Shown here: piece by piece, positions 1 through 12,015 of the stretch
Layout of the letters: every line of letters starts with the position of its first letter
How positions within the stretch are numbered: the first letter of the stretch is position 1
From: Wallemia ichthyophaga EXF-994
Taxonomy: Eukaryota; Fungi; Basidiomycota
Direction: 5' to 3'
NCBI RefSeq assembly: GCF_000400465.1
Contig: NW_008806275.1
Coordinates: forward strand, 1 to 32,000
DNA length: 32,000 nt
Made by a program: the position numbers and the translations under genes
The notes under the pieces: generated by a model
Seen by the model: the letters and a program-made list of their open reading frames with translations, nothing else
Told to the model about the DNA's origin: nothing
Database searches by the model: none

Positions 1-354
1 CAAGCCCAAACCTTAACACACCCAACAAAGACCAGCTCGAATTTCAACAAACTGTTTCAGCTTGACCGTATTGAATGTGCATATTGTGAAAACAACAGAC
101 TATTTAACGACACTGGTATCAATACAGGTAATTTAGGCCGATAAGAGAATGACACTGCGTTGAGATGGGCTGGTGCCATACTTATCAAGCAGGTGAACAA
201 GGCATTCGAGTGAAACAACACAATTCGCCAAACAAACTATATCCACACCAATAGATTAAAGGAATAACTATGAACATTCTAACGATTATGAAATAAAGAC
301 AACTCAAATCCTGGACTTGTGCACAGATTTGGGCTGATAATCGCGGTGATATAT

Positions 355-1362
355 TTAAGCAGCAGAGATGAAGAACCACTTGTCAATGGAAGGGTCAACT
401 GGAGCAGCTGGCTGTGGCGAGTGAGCTGGGATTTGGTTGTATTGGGCATCAGTGGTAGAGATCTTGTCTTTAGAGCCTTCGACAGAGACGTTGGCGCATG
501 AAACACCCTCGCTGCTGACCTTGCCGGTAAGAAGACCTCTCCAGGCTTCGTGGCACTCGTGGACAATCTCGGTAGCGTACTTCTTGTTCTTAGCTTCACC
601 TGAGAAAGCGAATTGGTTCTCTGGCTTTCCGTCTGGGATCTTGTAGATTCTGAACCATTCGTTGGTGGCACGGAGAAGACCTGGAAGGTGGCGCTCTACG
701 TCTTCGATGTCGTTGATCTTTGGTGCGAGAGGGTCGTTGACGTCGATGACAATGATCTGTGAAATGTAAGTGGAGTATTAGGGCGCACGATAATTACCCA
801 CCTTCCAGTCAGTTTCGCCTTCGTCGAGTAGAGCGAGAGTACCCAAAACCTTGACTTGCTTGACTTGACCGATGTGGCCAACAGCCTCACCAATCTCACA
901 GACGTCGATTGGGTCGCCGTCACCTTTAGCCTGCGCGAGCCGTCAGAGGGGAGCGTGCAAAAAGGAAAGACACACCTTGGTCTCTGGGTGGACGCTGTCT
1001 GGGTCCTCGTAGGTTTGAGGGAAGGCACCGTAGTTCCAGATGTAGCCCTTCCAAGGGAAAGAGTTACGCACATAACGCAGCTTGCCCTTCTTGGTGTCTT
1101 GTTCGATCGAGTTGAAGAAGGAAGACTTGGTGATTTCCATCTTTGCGTTGGTCCTGGTAATTGAGAGTGAGGAAGAATTATGAGTACTAGAATAAAACGC
1201 TTACCACCTTGGGATCTCGACAACCATGTTCAAAATGGTCTTTGAGTCATCGGCGTACAAAGGCAAGTCGTGGAAAGGTGAGATGACCTTGTTGTCCTTC
1301 TCAATGTAAGTCTTAAATTCTGTTGTGTTTGGTGCACCAATTTGCCTCGTCGAGTATGACAT
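355..1362 (-). CDS. IPP1: Inorganic pyrophosphatase (family I), multi-exon
   Basis: Spliced translation: [16 protein letters not shown]...SPFHDLPL...NMVVEIPRW / [15 protein letters not shown] / GDGDPIDV / DEGETDWK / [14 protein letters not shown]...[13 protein letters not shown] at 1362, TAA at 357-355. Confidence 0.97.
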
Positions 1363-1716
1363 TTTTATAAATTGATTTGAGAGTTGCGAAAGACGTCGAG
1401 CGGTCATTTTCAACGTCTAAATTTACTCAAAAACTATCAAAAATGTCAGAAATAAATGATGGTAAATTTGGGCAATTAAATTTGTAAATATTCTCAATAA
1501 CTCACCAGAATGGTCAGAAAATCAAAAGCAGGAAGATACAGTTGATTTTGAAGGGAAGGGCACAACACCACCGCGCCCAGTTGAACAATCAGATAACGCG
1601 AACAACTTGAATAACTTGGATAACTTGCACAGCAATCGGTAACTCGACTCAACTCAATTCAACCACTCGATCCACTCACACAACCCATAACAGCCAACAA
1701 ACACCACACCAAATAG

Positions 1717-2930
1717 ACCAACAAGGCCAAAAAGATCAACAAGATCACTCTGATTACCCTGCTAGTTACTCTCACTCCAATCAAAACGATAATCCCCAAG
1801 GTTGTATCGTTCACGTCTCACATATGCACGTTGGCGTCGATGATCAATTACTCACTGAGCATATGTCTAGTTCTGGAAAGGTGTGATTTCATTTATATTT
1901 AGTTTCAATCTCACTCAATTGTTATTCTCTCAATTTAGGTCTTAAAAGTCGTCATTATGCTCGATCCACACACGAGAGAATCTAGAGGTTTTGGTTTTGT
2001 CACTTTCGAAAATCCATCCGAGGCAGACGACGCAATTGAAAAGCTACACCTTTCCCAGATCTTAGGGAAGACTATCACCGTTGCAAGAGCACGTAGAGGT
2101 CGTCCACGCGAACCAACTCCTGGCCAGTATATTGGTCCACCAAAATGTGCGGAGGCTGTTGATTAATTTAAACCACTCACCCCCTTTTCAGATGACAGAT
2201 CCATGTCTGCTAGACCTCAAAAACCACGCTATCAACCATACCCTTCACCAAGGGATCACGGGGGTTACGACCGCAATGATCGCTACGAGCGCGGTCCTCC
2301 ACGGTACGCAGCCCGCTACCACCCATACCATGACAGATATGACAGATATGGGTGTGTATATTATTCTCAATCATCTAATCTTACTCATAGTGATTCTGGT
2401 CGCAGGTCTTACCCACCACCTTCACGGTGAATAACTTCTGTTTGCTGCTTTCCTCGTCTAACATGCTCGCAGCGAATATAGTGACTACCCTCCTCCACCA
2501 AAAGATTACTATGGCAGCACACCATATAAGCCATATCCACGCGGCGGCCCACCACATTCACTCCCATACAAACCTTACAAGCCGATGGGACCAAGAGATA
2601 GATATGATGACTATAGGTGGGTTTACTTTTTAGCTAGGTGCTTTTTTCTAACACTCGCAAAGTAGACCTCCTAGAGGTCCTCCAAGGGATTATTCACCAA
2701 GATCTTATCCACCGAGGGACTACCCACCAAGAGATTTTCCACCAAGAGATGACTTTGACAGGCCACCAAGAAGATTCACACCAAGAAATGATTATAGAGA
2801 TGATTACAGACCCGGTCCAACGAGAGACTATCCGCCAAGAGACTACCCACCAAGAGACTATCTTCCAAGAGATTATCCTCCAAGGGACTACCCGCCACGA
2901 GACTATGATGGAGGATTCAAGAAGTATTAA
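1717..2930 (+). CDS. Single-RRM RNA-binding protein, Tra2/SR45a-like, with a Tyr/Pro/Arg/Asp-rich tail; 5' end unresolved
   Basis: RNP1 ESRGFGFVTF, followed by ARRGRPREPTPGQYIGPPK as in fungal transformer-2-like RRM proteins. Stop TAA at 2928-2930. There is no in-frame ATG directly upstream; frame-compatible first exons start at ATG 1443 or 1510. Confidence 0.8.
2682..2906 (+). repeat. Coding 15-nt tandem repeat encoding (P-R-D-Y-P)n, about 11 degenerate units in two blocks
   Basis: ccaagagactaccca-like units read PRDYS PRSYP PRDYP PRDFP PRDDF ... TRDYP PRDYP PRDYL PRDYP PRDYP PRDYD. Confidence 0.9.
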
Positions 2931-3110
2931 ATGGGTAAATGAATGAGAATGACCTCAACACCACTACATTTAACGCACATCCATGCCAGAGTATATTCTA
3001 TCACAATTATTTATATAATGTACAGACATCACATTTATTGTTTCTTTGAGAATTGCAGTGGGTTGAATTTAATTGCAGTCTATAAAGTCCACTTTATTTG
3101 TCTATCAGCA

Positions 3111-6007
3111 TCACTCCAAAACACGCGCATCTACGCGCAATTTGAGACACTTTCTGTAGAGATTACCATCTAAATAGAGACGATGGTCGTACTGCTGCGT
3201 TGAATTGGCTTGGAAGGACTGAATAGACTTGCGAGTAGAGTGTATGAGGCGAAGTTTTTGAATATTTATCAACTTGTCATCACCGTCACCTTTCTTTACG
3301 TAATTCGGACACTTGTCAGCTTGAAAGAGATCGCTCAAGAACATTCCTACGAATGGTATACAACCGCTGAAAATATCGTGTGACGGGATGCTGTTTGCCC
3401 CTGATGAAGAAGATCTGTCCCTCGTTATGCCAGTCAAACGTTTGTCGGAGGACGACGAATTTGACATCTTCTTATTGAGGAGTGTCATAGATATATCTCG
3501 CAGCATAGAATAGTTGTCGCTATTGCTGCAGAACACCTTGAGTGTCGTCAACATACGCATGCTTTGCTTGGATACATTCGGCCAAGTATCTGCCATCCGT
3601 TTGACGATAGGGTGATCCAAACCTACTACTATTTAGTGACATTCACTACAAACAAAATTTAAACACACCTCTCAATATAGCTATCAGCGTCATAAAGTTA
3701 TTCAGCTGCTGACACTTGAAAGCAAGTCGGATGAATTTACTGACAACAGCTGAGCGATCCTCTGGTGAGTCTGTGATGAGGATCTCTGAAGCCACCCATC
3801 TCACTGTCATGTTGAATCTTGCTATCACGATCTTGATAGATGAGCCGTGTAAGTTTTCATTACTGCTAACCTTCCTACGTGCTACTTCTTTCATGAATGA
3901 TACCCAATTAATAATTGTGTCAAATTTAAGATACTCCTCCTTCCAATTGTCCAGCTTCTCTATATCCTCGAACTTTATCTCGTTGAAAAGATCCTTCTCA
4001 ATAAGGGAAAATTGTTTAGAGAGCTCCTCCGTCTTGTAATCCAAAATCCACGATTTACACACAGATTTCTTTGTCGTGTTGTGGCTATCTATTATCGCGC
4101 TTGAGCCATGACTCAATCCTCTCTTTCTATTTATGGGTAGTGAAGGTGAAGTGACTGCAACGGAGTGCGAACGAGGTTTTGGTTGTATGGTATTGCTAGT
4201 AAAACTAGCACTTCCACCAAGCACGCTATTTGCGCGTATTATCGGTGATAAGTTGGGTGAAGAGTTTTCACTTGCGTCGGTGCTAACTACACCCTGACTC
4301 TGACTCATTCTTTTCTTCTTGGACTTTTGCATCATGGACTCGACTTTACGTAATTTTTGCTTTTGTTTCACTTTGTCGATGTGTCCTTCCAACGCGCGTA
4401 ACGCCGCATTCACATCTCCATCGTCTTCTTCATCAGATTCAAGCCCCTCAATGGTGAATGTCTTCTGCCAATTATCCATATCTACTTGAGAATCTGTCAT
4501 TGTTTCGGAATGAGTGGTAAGTCGAGCTGCACCATCAGTATGTGGTAACTTCTTCCCTTTTACCGCTGAATCATCCACATCTTCATCCACCTCCTCATCA
4601 CTATCAATATCGCTGTCTATATCATCTAATTGTAAAAATTTGGTCATAATTGAGTTATTTTTGATTTTGTCATTACTTTCATCATCCTTGTCTGTATTCT
4701 TGGGTATAATATTGTTTACATCAATCTCCTGGAGTTGACAGAACTCCTGAAACGATATCGTTACTGTGTACTCATCTCTGAATTGATCCTCATTGTTATC
4801 TTGATCACTATCGAATACCTGTGGCTTGTTGGACATTATACGCTTACCAATTTTGCCAATTTTGCCGACTTTGTTAAACGTTTTGACGAATGTGTCAGCA
4901 ATTGAATCGTTATGCTCTGATGCATTTACCGGTGATGACGTTGATGGTGCTGTGCTCGCTGTCATTCTAGACGATGTGGAAGAGGGAAGATAGGTTGGTG
5001 GACCTGGGTCAAAGTCCAGACTGAGGTGTTTGTCGGTGCTGGAATTTCTGCTGGAATTGCTACTATCAAACGACGACAAATTACCATCATGCGAATGTTT
5101 CTTGTAAATTTCATAAACACTTTGACGCTCCTTGGCTATATTGATGAGCTTATCGATCATCTTTACGGACTTGTCATTCTGTATCTTCCTCTGTTCATTA
5201 ATCCATCGTGACAACTTAAGACGGAGGTCTAAGTTGGGCACGAAATCAAAGCCAAAGTAGTTGGAGATCCATGATCGGAGCATGACAAATGTCCTCACCC
5301 TGACTAGTTCTAAAGCAGGCTCATCATCACCACCCTGCAGCGTCCACTCGAATCTCTTAAATAATAAGTTGGCCAACTCCATCGAGCTGAGGTATAGTCT
5401 ATAAGTGTTGAAAAATAATTCTAAATCGTCAAATAAGAACTCTGAGCTAAGTTGAGAAATCCATCTATATATTGATGCGCAGAGTATCGTTCCATCGTTG
5501 AAATAAATATCCTTGTCCTTGTAAGATTGGTATTGATTGAATAAATAATATAATGCGTCTGCATCTGTATCTGCGTCTGTACCTCCAAATGCAGTCTCCA
5601 CCGCGCCTCCACTTGGGCAGCCATCTGCAGCCAAAAATTCATTGTCGACGGGTGTTCTTGTATTACCGAATAAATCATTGCGCACTGGCTTAGCCAGTAA
5701 TTCTATCAAGTAATTTTTCAGATTGTCGAATGTATTTGGGAGTTGTAGCCTGAGATCCATAGTACTCGAGTTTTTAGGTCTGAACAGGTGATGAGTACAT
5801 TTGCATCACTGTAAAACACTCCTCATACCTAACTACATACTCATTCTCAGTTTTTATCTGTATGGTCAAGCCACTGGACTTGATGTGTCCATCGACAGAG
5901 CATCCAACACCGTACTTGAGATCGAGAAGCCTCTTCACCTTCCTTGCTGTCTCACCTTCACCCGTAATACAATAGTTCCCGTCTAAACTTATTTTAATTT
6001 CTTCCAT
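3111..6007 (-). CDS. Ras guanine nucleotide exchange factor (REM + CDC25 domain, Lte1-like architecture)
   Basis: REM-like ELFFNTYRLYLSSMELANLLFKRFEW...VRTFVMLRSWISNYF. A long low-complexity middle is followed by the CDC25 core ELSKQFSLIEKD...FNMTVRWVASEIL...SKFIRLAFKCQQLNNFMTLIAILRG and GCIPFVGMFLSDL. The 5' exon (5774-6007 ORF) joins in phase; otherwise the start is at 5760. Confidence 0.88.
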
Positions 6008-6076
6008 ATGACATCACTAAGTTGAACCAGTAAAGTAGTAGTATTTTTATTTTTAAGATGAAATTTTTATAAATGT

Positions 6077-7648
6077 CTACAACTTTGCTTTATATAATAA
6101 TAGGTAGGCTACACTATCTTCACCGCCTCCTTCCAATTGGGCAATTTTGTCTTTGGATACTTTGGTGACCTTGTTGTCGTCGAATTTGTACCAATCGTCC
6201 TTGTCCTCTTCCGACTTGTGCACATCCCCTCTGACCCAGGCTATGTAGTGACCGCCATCTGCGTTTACACCTTTGTGCGTCACTATACCCACCAAATCGT
6301 ACAAGCCACTCTGTGAGCAACCAGTGTCATTTTTTAAGTCATTATTGACAAGCTCATCAAGCTCTTTCTTCTCTCTCTCCTCATAAACGTTCTCATCGAG
6401 GAGCTCCACGTCACCAATCTTGCCCTGCTCATCTTTGATTTCATCGATCAACATATCGTCGGTGTTTTTAGCCTCGTTGGCTTTTTGTTCGAGATCGGTG
6501 CGTGTCTTGATACGCTTCCTCAATCTTCTTCTCTCCTCTTTATCTTTGTTGATTGACAGAAGCTTCTTGTTGACCGGGTTGATCTTAGCCTTGAGATCGT
6601 CACTGACGAGATCACTGGCATCATACTCCATTGGGAACTTTACTTTGCGGAGGATTTTTGCCTTTTTGCCTAAATCAGCTCTCCAATAGAATCTGACGAG
6701 ATGGACGGAGAGGTATGCTGGCAATCTATTAATTCTCGATTTCTGTGTATATTGAGCGTTTCTATTGAGTGTTGAGGAGTGTTTTGTAACCTGCTCATCC
6801 AAACCATCTGTTAAACCTTGCTGGAGGTAGTTGGTGGATGAAGAGATGTTGCAACCCAATTTAGTAAACTCTTCAATTGAGTAAGAAGGCTCTTCAAGTG
6901 TTGATTCAGGCGTAGACATCTCTTTCACGAAAGTACCCTTCATGTATTGATCAACGAATGATTTACCCTGTGACGTCATCAACTCTGATCCCAAAGAGTT
7001 GAGGATTGCGCCCCAAGCTTCTTCAGCGTCTTGTTGAGCGAACTGACCGTATCTATCAGTTTCAGTGAATTGTTGGTAAGAGGATCTTAGCATTGTGAGG
7101 AATGCAGTTGGAGTGATTGCGTCAGTTGAGTTGTTGAGCGAGGAAAAGAGGGATTGAAGGGAGCGTAATAAGCCAGAGTTTTGTGTGTTACTCAGAGTGC
7201 TCTGTAGCTCAGGTATGGCTCTGAGAACTTGAACTGATGAGTTTAAATAACAAGTGTTACCGAGATTAGTCAAACCGACTGGGTTTTTCAAGGCTTGCGA
7301 TAAATCCTTCTCACTGAGGTCTTCCATGAAAACTACTTTTTGATTTGGAGCTTCTGGTAGAGGCCCTGCAGCGCCAATGACGATGAACAAGTGACCAGGC
7401 TTGATCGATGATCCTAACTTTTCCATATCCGTATTATCCTTGAGCATTCCACCTTTAATCATAACTTTCTGCCTGTCGAGGATGTTAAGGGGGAATGCCA
7501 CAGTGATACGTAGTGTGACCCACCTATCTGGAGCCACGCCAGTTAGAGAATGAATTTGATTCTTGAAGTCTAAACCGGTGTACTGAGTGTTGAATTCCAA
7601 ATCGAATTTCTTTCCTGCGTGTTTAATTGACACTGGGAATTTAGTCAT
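6077..7648 (-). CDS. UBP6: Proteasome-associated ubiquitin C-terminal hydrolase (Ubp6/USP14)
   Basis: N-terminal UBL (VSIKHAGKKF...KVMIKGGMLKD), Cys box GLTNLGNTCYLNSSVQ, QQDAEE, His box HKGVNADGGHYIAW, WYKFDD, LEGGGEDSVAYLLLY. Confidence 0.96.
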   Translation of the reverse strand: MTKFPVSIKHAGKKFDLEFNTQYTGLDFKNQIHSLTGVAPDRWVTLRITVAFPLNILDRQKVMIKGGMLKDNTDMEKLGSSIKPGHLFIVIGAAGPLPEAPNQKVVFMEDLSEKDLSQALKNPVGLTNLGNTCYLNSSVQVLRAIPELQSTLSNTQNSGLLRSLQSLFSSLNNSTDAITPTAFLTMLRSSYQQFTETDRYGQFAQQDAEEAWGAILNSLGSELMTSQGKSFVDQYMKGTFVKEMSTPESTLEEPSYSIEEFTKLGCNISSSTNYLQQGLTDGLDEQVTKHSSTLNRNAQYTQKSRINRLPAYLSVHLVRFYWRADLGKKAKILRKVKFPMEYDASDLVSDDLKAKINPVNKKLLSINKDKEERRRLRKRIKTRTDLEQKANEAKNTDDMLIDEIKDEQGKIGDVELLDENVYEEREKKELDELVNNDLKNDTGCSQSGLYDLVGIVTHKGVNADGGHYIAWVRGDVHKSEEDKDDWYKFDDNKVTKVSKDKIAQLEGGGEDSVAYLLLYKAKL

Positions 7649-7751
7649 CCTGGGTGTTGAGGAGAGAAAGTGAAAGGAAGGCGTGGCCGTAATTAATGAA
7701 TAAAATAATCAAAATATCTCGATAAATTACAAATAAAAACAAGAAATCAAA

Positions 7752-7761
7752 TTGACGTCAA
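7752..7761. promoter_or_regulatory. Perfect ATF/CREB-type palindrome TTGACGTCAA in the UBP6/BAP31 divergent promoter
   Basis: TGACGTCA core seen directly in the 163-bp intergenic region; function is inferred only. Confidence 0.35.
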
Positions 7762-7811
7762 CTTGAGTTAAACTTCTTGGTCTATTACATCGACGTAATT
7801 AAATTTAAATT

Positions 7812-8771
7812 ATGACAGTGAGCTTTTTTTATATATTTAACTACAAATCTAAACGGAATTCAAGCTTTATTATAGCTTAGTGTTAGTTGTCTTACAGAGG
7901 CACAATCCACTCTAACACCTTTATCAGATTTGGTTTACTCAGCGCAGAGTTAGTCAATCGGCTATTAACATACACACTCTAATAACGCCTCAGAGTCCTT
8001 ACCTTCTTGGTCCTCGTTGCACCAATGCCTTTCGCTTTCAAGCAACGCTTCTTCAAATTCCTCAGCACCAACCCATTGGTTGCTAAATTACAATATTCCT
8101 TGAAAATATCTCTTATTTTCACTTCAATCTTATTCTTTGATGCTGTTCAAAGGATGCTCAAAGTCGTCAAAGAAGGCCAAGCTGCTAAGGAAGAGCACTC
8201 TTTCAATGATGTACGCTCTGAATCTAACTTTGCTGCACGCAAGTACGTCATCTTCTTTTTAAAAAGGAATGTCTCTTATTTTCAAACCTAGATTTTACTC
8301 ACAACGTAATGTCTACTTGACTGGTACGTCTTCATCACATTCAATTATCTCATCCTTAAAATCATTCAGGTTTCACTCTCTTCTTAAGCTTGTCAGCTTT
8401 TGTTGATTCCCTAAGCAAATACCCCTCACACATCCCACAGGATCCTCTCACGCGTATTCGGCATCATTATGGATCTCATCAAAGCTGAGGAAGAATTGAG
8501 CTTAATGAAGGTTAGTCACTCCGCTAATAATATCTGATTTTATCACTAATCCACCTACAGAAGGACGGTGACTCCTCATCCGCTGAAACCTTTAAGAAAC
8601 AACTTGACTCAAAAGATCGTGAAATTAGTAAGCACACCTTGAATTTCTCCATTCACTTTGCTAACTTTCTCTCTAGACATCCTCAAAAAGCAATCTACTC
8701 AAAATAATCAAGCTATGAACGATCTTGTCGACAACGCGAATACTTCATCCGGCTCAAAGAAAGACAAGTAA
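7812..8771 (+). CDS. BAP31/BAP29 (Yet-family) ER membrane protein
   Basis: Spliced via micro-exons: MTLYYSLVFGLLSAEVLTFLVLVAPMPF...ILFFDAVQRM...KFYSQRNVYLTG...; C-terminal coiled coil and dilysine ER-retrieval end SKKDK*. Confidence 0.9.
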
Positions 8772-8790
8772 AACAATTAATTGTTAGGAC

Positions 8791-10237
8791 TTATGTAAAT
8801 AATTCAGGCGCTTGGCTATTTACATTGACTGCCACATTTTCCACCTTAGATCTCCATTCATTCAACCGCGAGGCCAAAGATTTGATTTGATTCTTGTCCA
8901 AAACCCTAGGTTGTACCCAATTGATGCTAGCTGTACTTGAGACTTGATCGATGGTGCCACGAATAAGATTCAAACTTAAGTGATCTGTGAGTGGTTGATA
9001 TTTCATACTTTTGAAAACTCACGACAATGCTTTCATAATCAAATGTTCAACCTCATCTGACGGTAACTTTGTCTCAGCACCAATGGTAGAGAATGACAAA
9101 ACGCGGTCTTTTGATGATCTCTTGAAGATACATTCGATTAATGCCATTAAGCATATCTTCTGACGAAGGAAAGCCTGACTTTCTTGAAGAATAGACTGTA
9201 CAAAATGTTTATTCATTGTAGCATGACTAGACGGGAAACTTACCTCATTTGCTAACTTGTTTGCGTTGAGCTCGAACTTTGCTATGTCACCTTCATTAAA
9301 AATGTAGATAATGTCCTTCAACCATTCTAGATCACTACCATTCAAAGCATTCAAGACAGGATGAGTTAACTGGTTACTCGTAAGCTCTTTCTGAAATGAA
9401 AAATTGCGATGACTAACCAATTCACCAAAGTTATAGATAGTATCGCCTAATAAAGCAGCGATAGCCAAATCATGACTTTTTTGAATCTGTTCAACTTTGT
9501 CAAGTTGATCTAAGCCAGCACATGAGATGTACAACAAGGTTGTACGGTAGAATGCTGCATATTCGGCCTTAGACTGTGAGTCATCTAGTCAACAAAGTGT
9601 AAAAATAAAAAATTAAAGCTATAATTACCTTGTAAAAATCACCGCTAACACGCAACCAAGCTCCTGTTACACTAGCTTCGACACCGTCCATTGAATCTAA
9701 AGTACGCTCACAAACGTCCATTGCTTCTTTTGCCTTATCTAAATTTCCAAGCAAGAGGTCATAATGAGCGATTGAGATTCTAGCCAAAACGTAAGCCTCA
9801 GCTTCAGTTTTAGTTGGTGATTGTTCTTCATCGAATGGTTTAGCTGTGCTTGGTTTGAGGGAAGGTGAGAGTGCAGCTCTTGGGGTTGGAAGTGAGCCCA
9901 ACAATGATTGCAAGAAGCTCAATGATTCTTGTGGGTCCATTTGCTGAGCAACCCGCACACCAATCTCGACCAAACGAAGCTGATTAAGCTTGTCTTTGAA
10001 ACTGGTAATGAAATTGTTCCATAGTCCCACTAAGTATTTTGATATTTCATCCTTTTGTATCAAACCTTTCAAAGTCTTTGTGAGTTGATGGTATAAGCTT
10101 TGTGGCTAGTTAGCTTTCTTTCTTTCTGTAAATTGTACGAACCGCTTATTGAAATAATCCTCCAAATTCCTCAAATCTTCTTGTATCGTTACTGGCGCTT
10201 CTCCTTTAATTTTATTTATATAGGATGTTGTACTCAT
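8791..10237 (-). CDS. RPN9: 26S proteasome lid subunit Rpn9/PSMD13 (PCI domain)
   Basis: YFNKRLYHQLT, LYISC, ALLGDTIYNFGEL, LRQKICLMALIE, VEHLIMKALS, LIRGTIDQV, INWVQPRVLD. Confidence 0.95.
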
Positions 10238-10290
10238 GTTGGTAGTTGAATCGACAAGGACGTCGCACACGTCATTGTGTTATGTGAAGA

Positions 10291-11248
10291 TTAAATGAAG
10301 AATGGCAAAAAGGAGTACACATTGTTTCTGTAATTTTTATATTCGTTTCCAAAGAACTTGATGAGATATTTCTCTTCATCTAAAGTCGGTTCAATTGAGT
10401 ATCGATGAAAAAGGTTCACTTACGTTTAATCCGGTCAGAAAAGAATCTTTGTAGGATGATTGCGAATCCCAAGAAAGATAAGGGATTCGTTAAAATCATT
10501 TGAGTGCCTAAAGCCCACAGGTAGAAACCCAAATAGGATGGATGACGAACAAAGCTGTTTTATTCAGTGTTTGACAAAAGGCAAAAGAGGTATTACATAC
10601 CTATATACGCCCGAAGTAACCAGTGCATGATCTTTTTGCTTGAAAGACGCAACGTGGTGTGAAAAGCTCTCATTCGCGTGTACCATAGCTAACGTGCGTA
10701 GCAGCTGTCCAACTACGACTAAGCAAAAACCTTAATGATATCATTATACGTTTTGTTAAGCCAAAATTTGAGCATACCTAATATTATCGGCCATTTATTG
10801 GAAGAGACTGAGGGAAAAAGCCACACTAAAGCGATGTGCGACACAAGGCCGAAAGAGTGAGCAACGAAGTAACTGTAGCCATTGTTTAATAAATAAGCTG
10901 TCGGTTGATTAGCCGAACGAACTGTTGTACGCATTATAACTAACAATCGACTGATGTTTTTGTTGTATTCCAGCCTGCTGTACTGAGGAATTCCCAGAGA
11001 TGAAACCAACAAAGTACAACAATATAGAGAGAAGTTTGCGCTGATCCTCTGAAATAACCAATAAATATACCAAGATGAACGTTTATAGCTGATATACCGG
11101 GAACCAAATTCGAACCGAAGAAAGCGCCTAAAGTAAAAGCGATAAGAGAAATATTGAAAGCAGTGTTTGGGAGACTGCCGTTAAGTCTTGGAGGGTAGTC
11201 AATCTGATTGGCGTATAACGCAGATCTGGGTATCTTAGTAGACGACAT
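10291..11248 (-). CDS. STE14: Isoprenylcysteine carboxyl methyltransferase (ICMT)
   Basis: FHLWEFLSTA...YLLNNG, FSHHVA...HALVTSGVY, RHPSYLGFYLWALGTQ, RIKHEEKYLIKFFGNEYKNY...LPFFI*. These are the diagnostic ICMT C-terminal motifs. Confidence 0.93.
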
Positions 11249-11379
11249 GAGGACAATGGAGTAAGTGTTGAAAAGACAGTTGAGAAAATAACATAAAATA
11301 CAACAAAAGCTTTCAGGCTTTTAAATTATCAACAGCGATGTCTTTCTGACCAAAACCATCATCTTTAGCAAGTCCACTG

Positions 11380-11948
11380 ATGACTACTATTCCCTCAAGA
11401 CTCTCTCAAGTTGCAAGATCATCAAACTCATTAGCTGAAGCTCATGCAAGAGCTAGAACGCTTTATCGTGACTTCTATCGCAGCGTGAGTACCTCAAACG
11501 ACGAGTAGGCCGATGAGGCTCAACGGATTGAATAGGCTCCAAGCATCTGTGCATTATACTCACTTAACATTCCACCTTCACAAATAAGAGCAAAGATTCG
11601 TCAGGAATTTGAGAAGAACAGAAATTTGGATGATTTGAATGTTATTGACTTAGTCTTATTCAAAGGCAGGCAAGAGTATCAGGAGACGATGAATGCATGG
11701 AAGCAAGAGTCTCATATAATGCGCTGGTTCGCTTTGGAAGAGGTATGTTTCCTTATCTTTCAATTTCATCTATTTAACTCCACCACAGGCTCCACGTTAG
11801 TTAACAAAACACTTGAGATAACGGTCTGACACTCTAAAACAGCTAGACCTCAAACATTCCTCGAAAAATTCTATGCAGGGTATGTCTCCTTCTACTCTCT
11901 TGATCTTCAGCTTAATTCCTGTTTAGTCGCGACGAAGACCAAGTTTAA
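11380..11948 (+). CDS. NDUFA6: NADH:ubiquinone oxidoreductase LYR-family subunit B14 (NDUFA6)
   Basis: MTTIPSRLSQVARSSNSLAEAHARARTLYRDFYRS/APSICALYSL...IRAKIRQEFEKNR...VIDLVLFKGRQEYQETMNAWKQESHIMRWF...FLEKFYAGRDEDQV*. Confidence 0.92.
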
Positions 11949-12015
11949 TTATAATACATCACTTTTCTACAAGAATACATTTTGAAAAACATTTTGATTA
12001 TCTATGATAAAGTGT

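Noticed and set aside
1-144. Open frame 1 (QAQTLTHPTK...GNLGR*) at the window edge
   Set aside because: May be the 3' end of an upstream gene, but it has no recognisable motif and frame 3 is also open to 65; cannot be supported.
3716-5678. Several antisense or alternate-frame ORFs over the RasGEF, and similar ones over TFC3, IPP1 and beta-adaptin
   Set aside because: Shadow ORFs of long coding exons with low-complexity translations and no independent motifs.
6077-10237. UBP6 and RPN9 adjacency as a proteasome gene cluster
   Set aside because: Two housekeeping genes in a dense genome; no shared PACE (GGTGGCAAA) element seen; plausibly chance.
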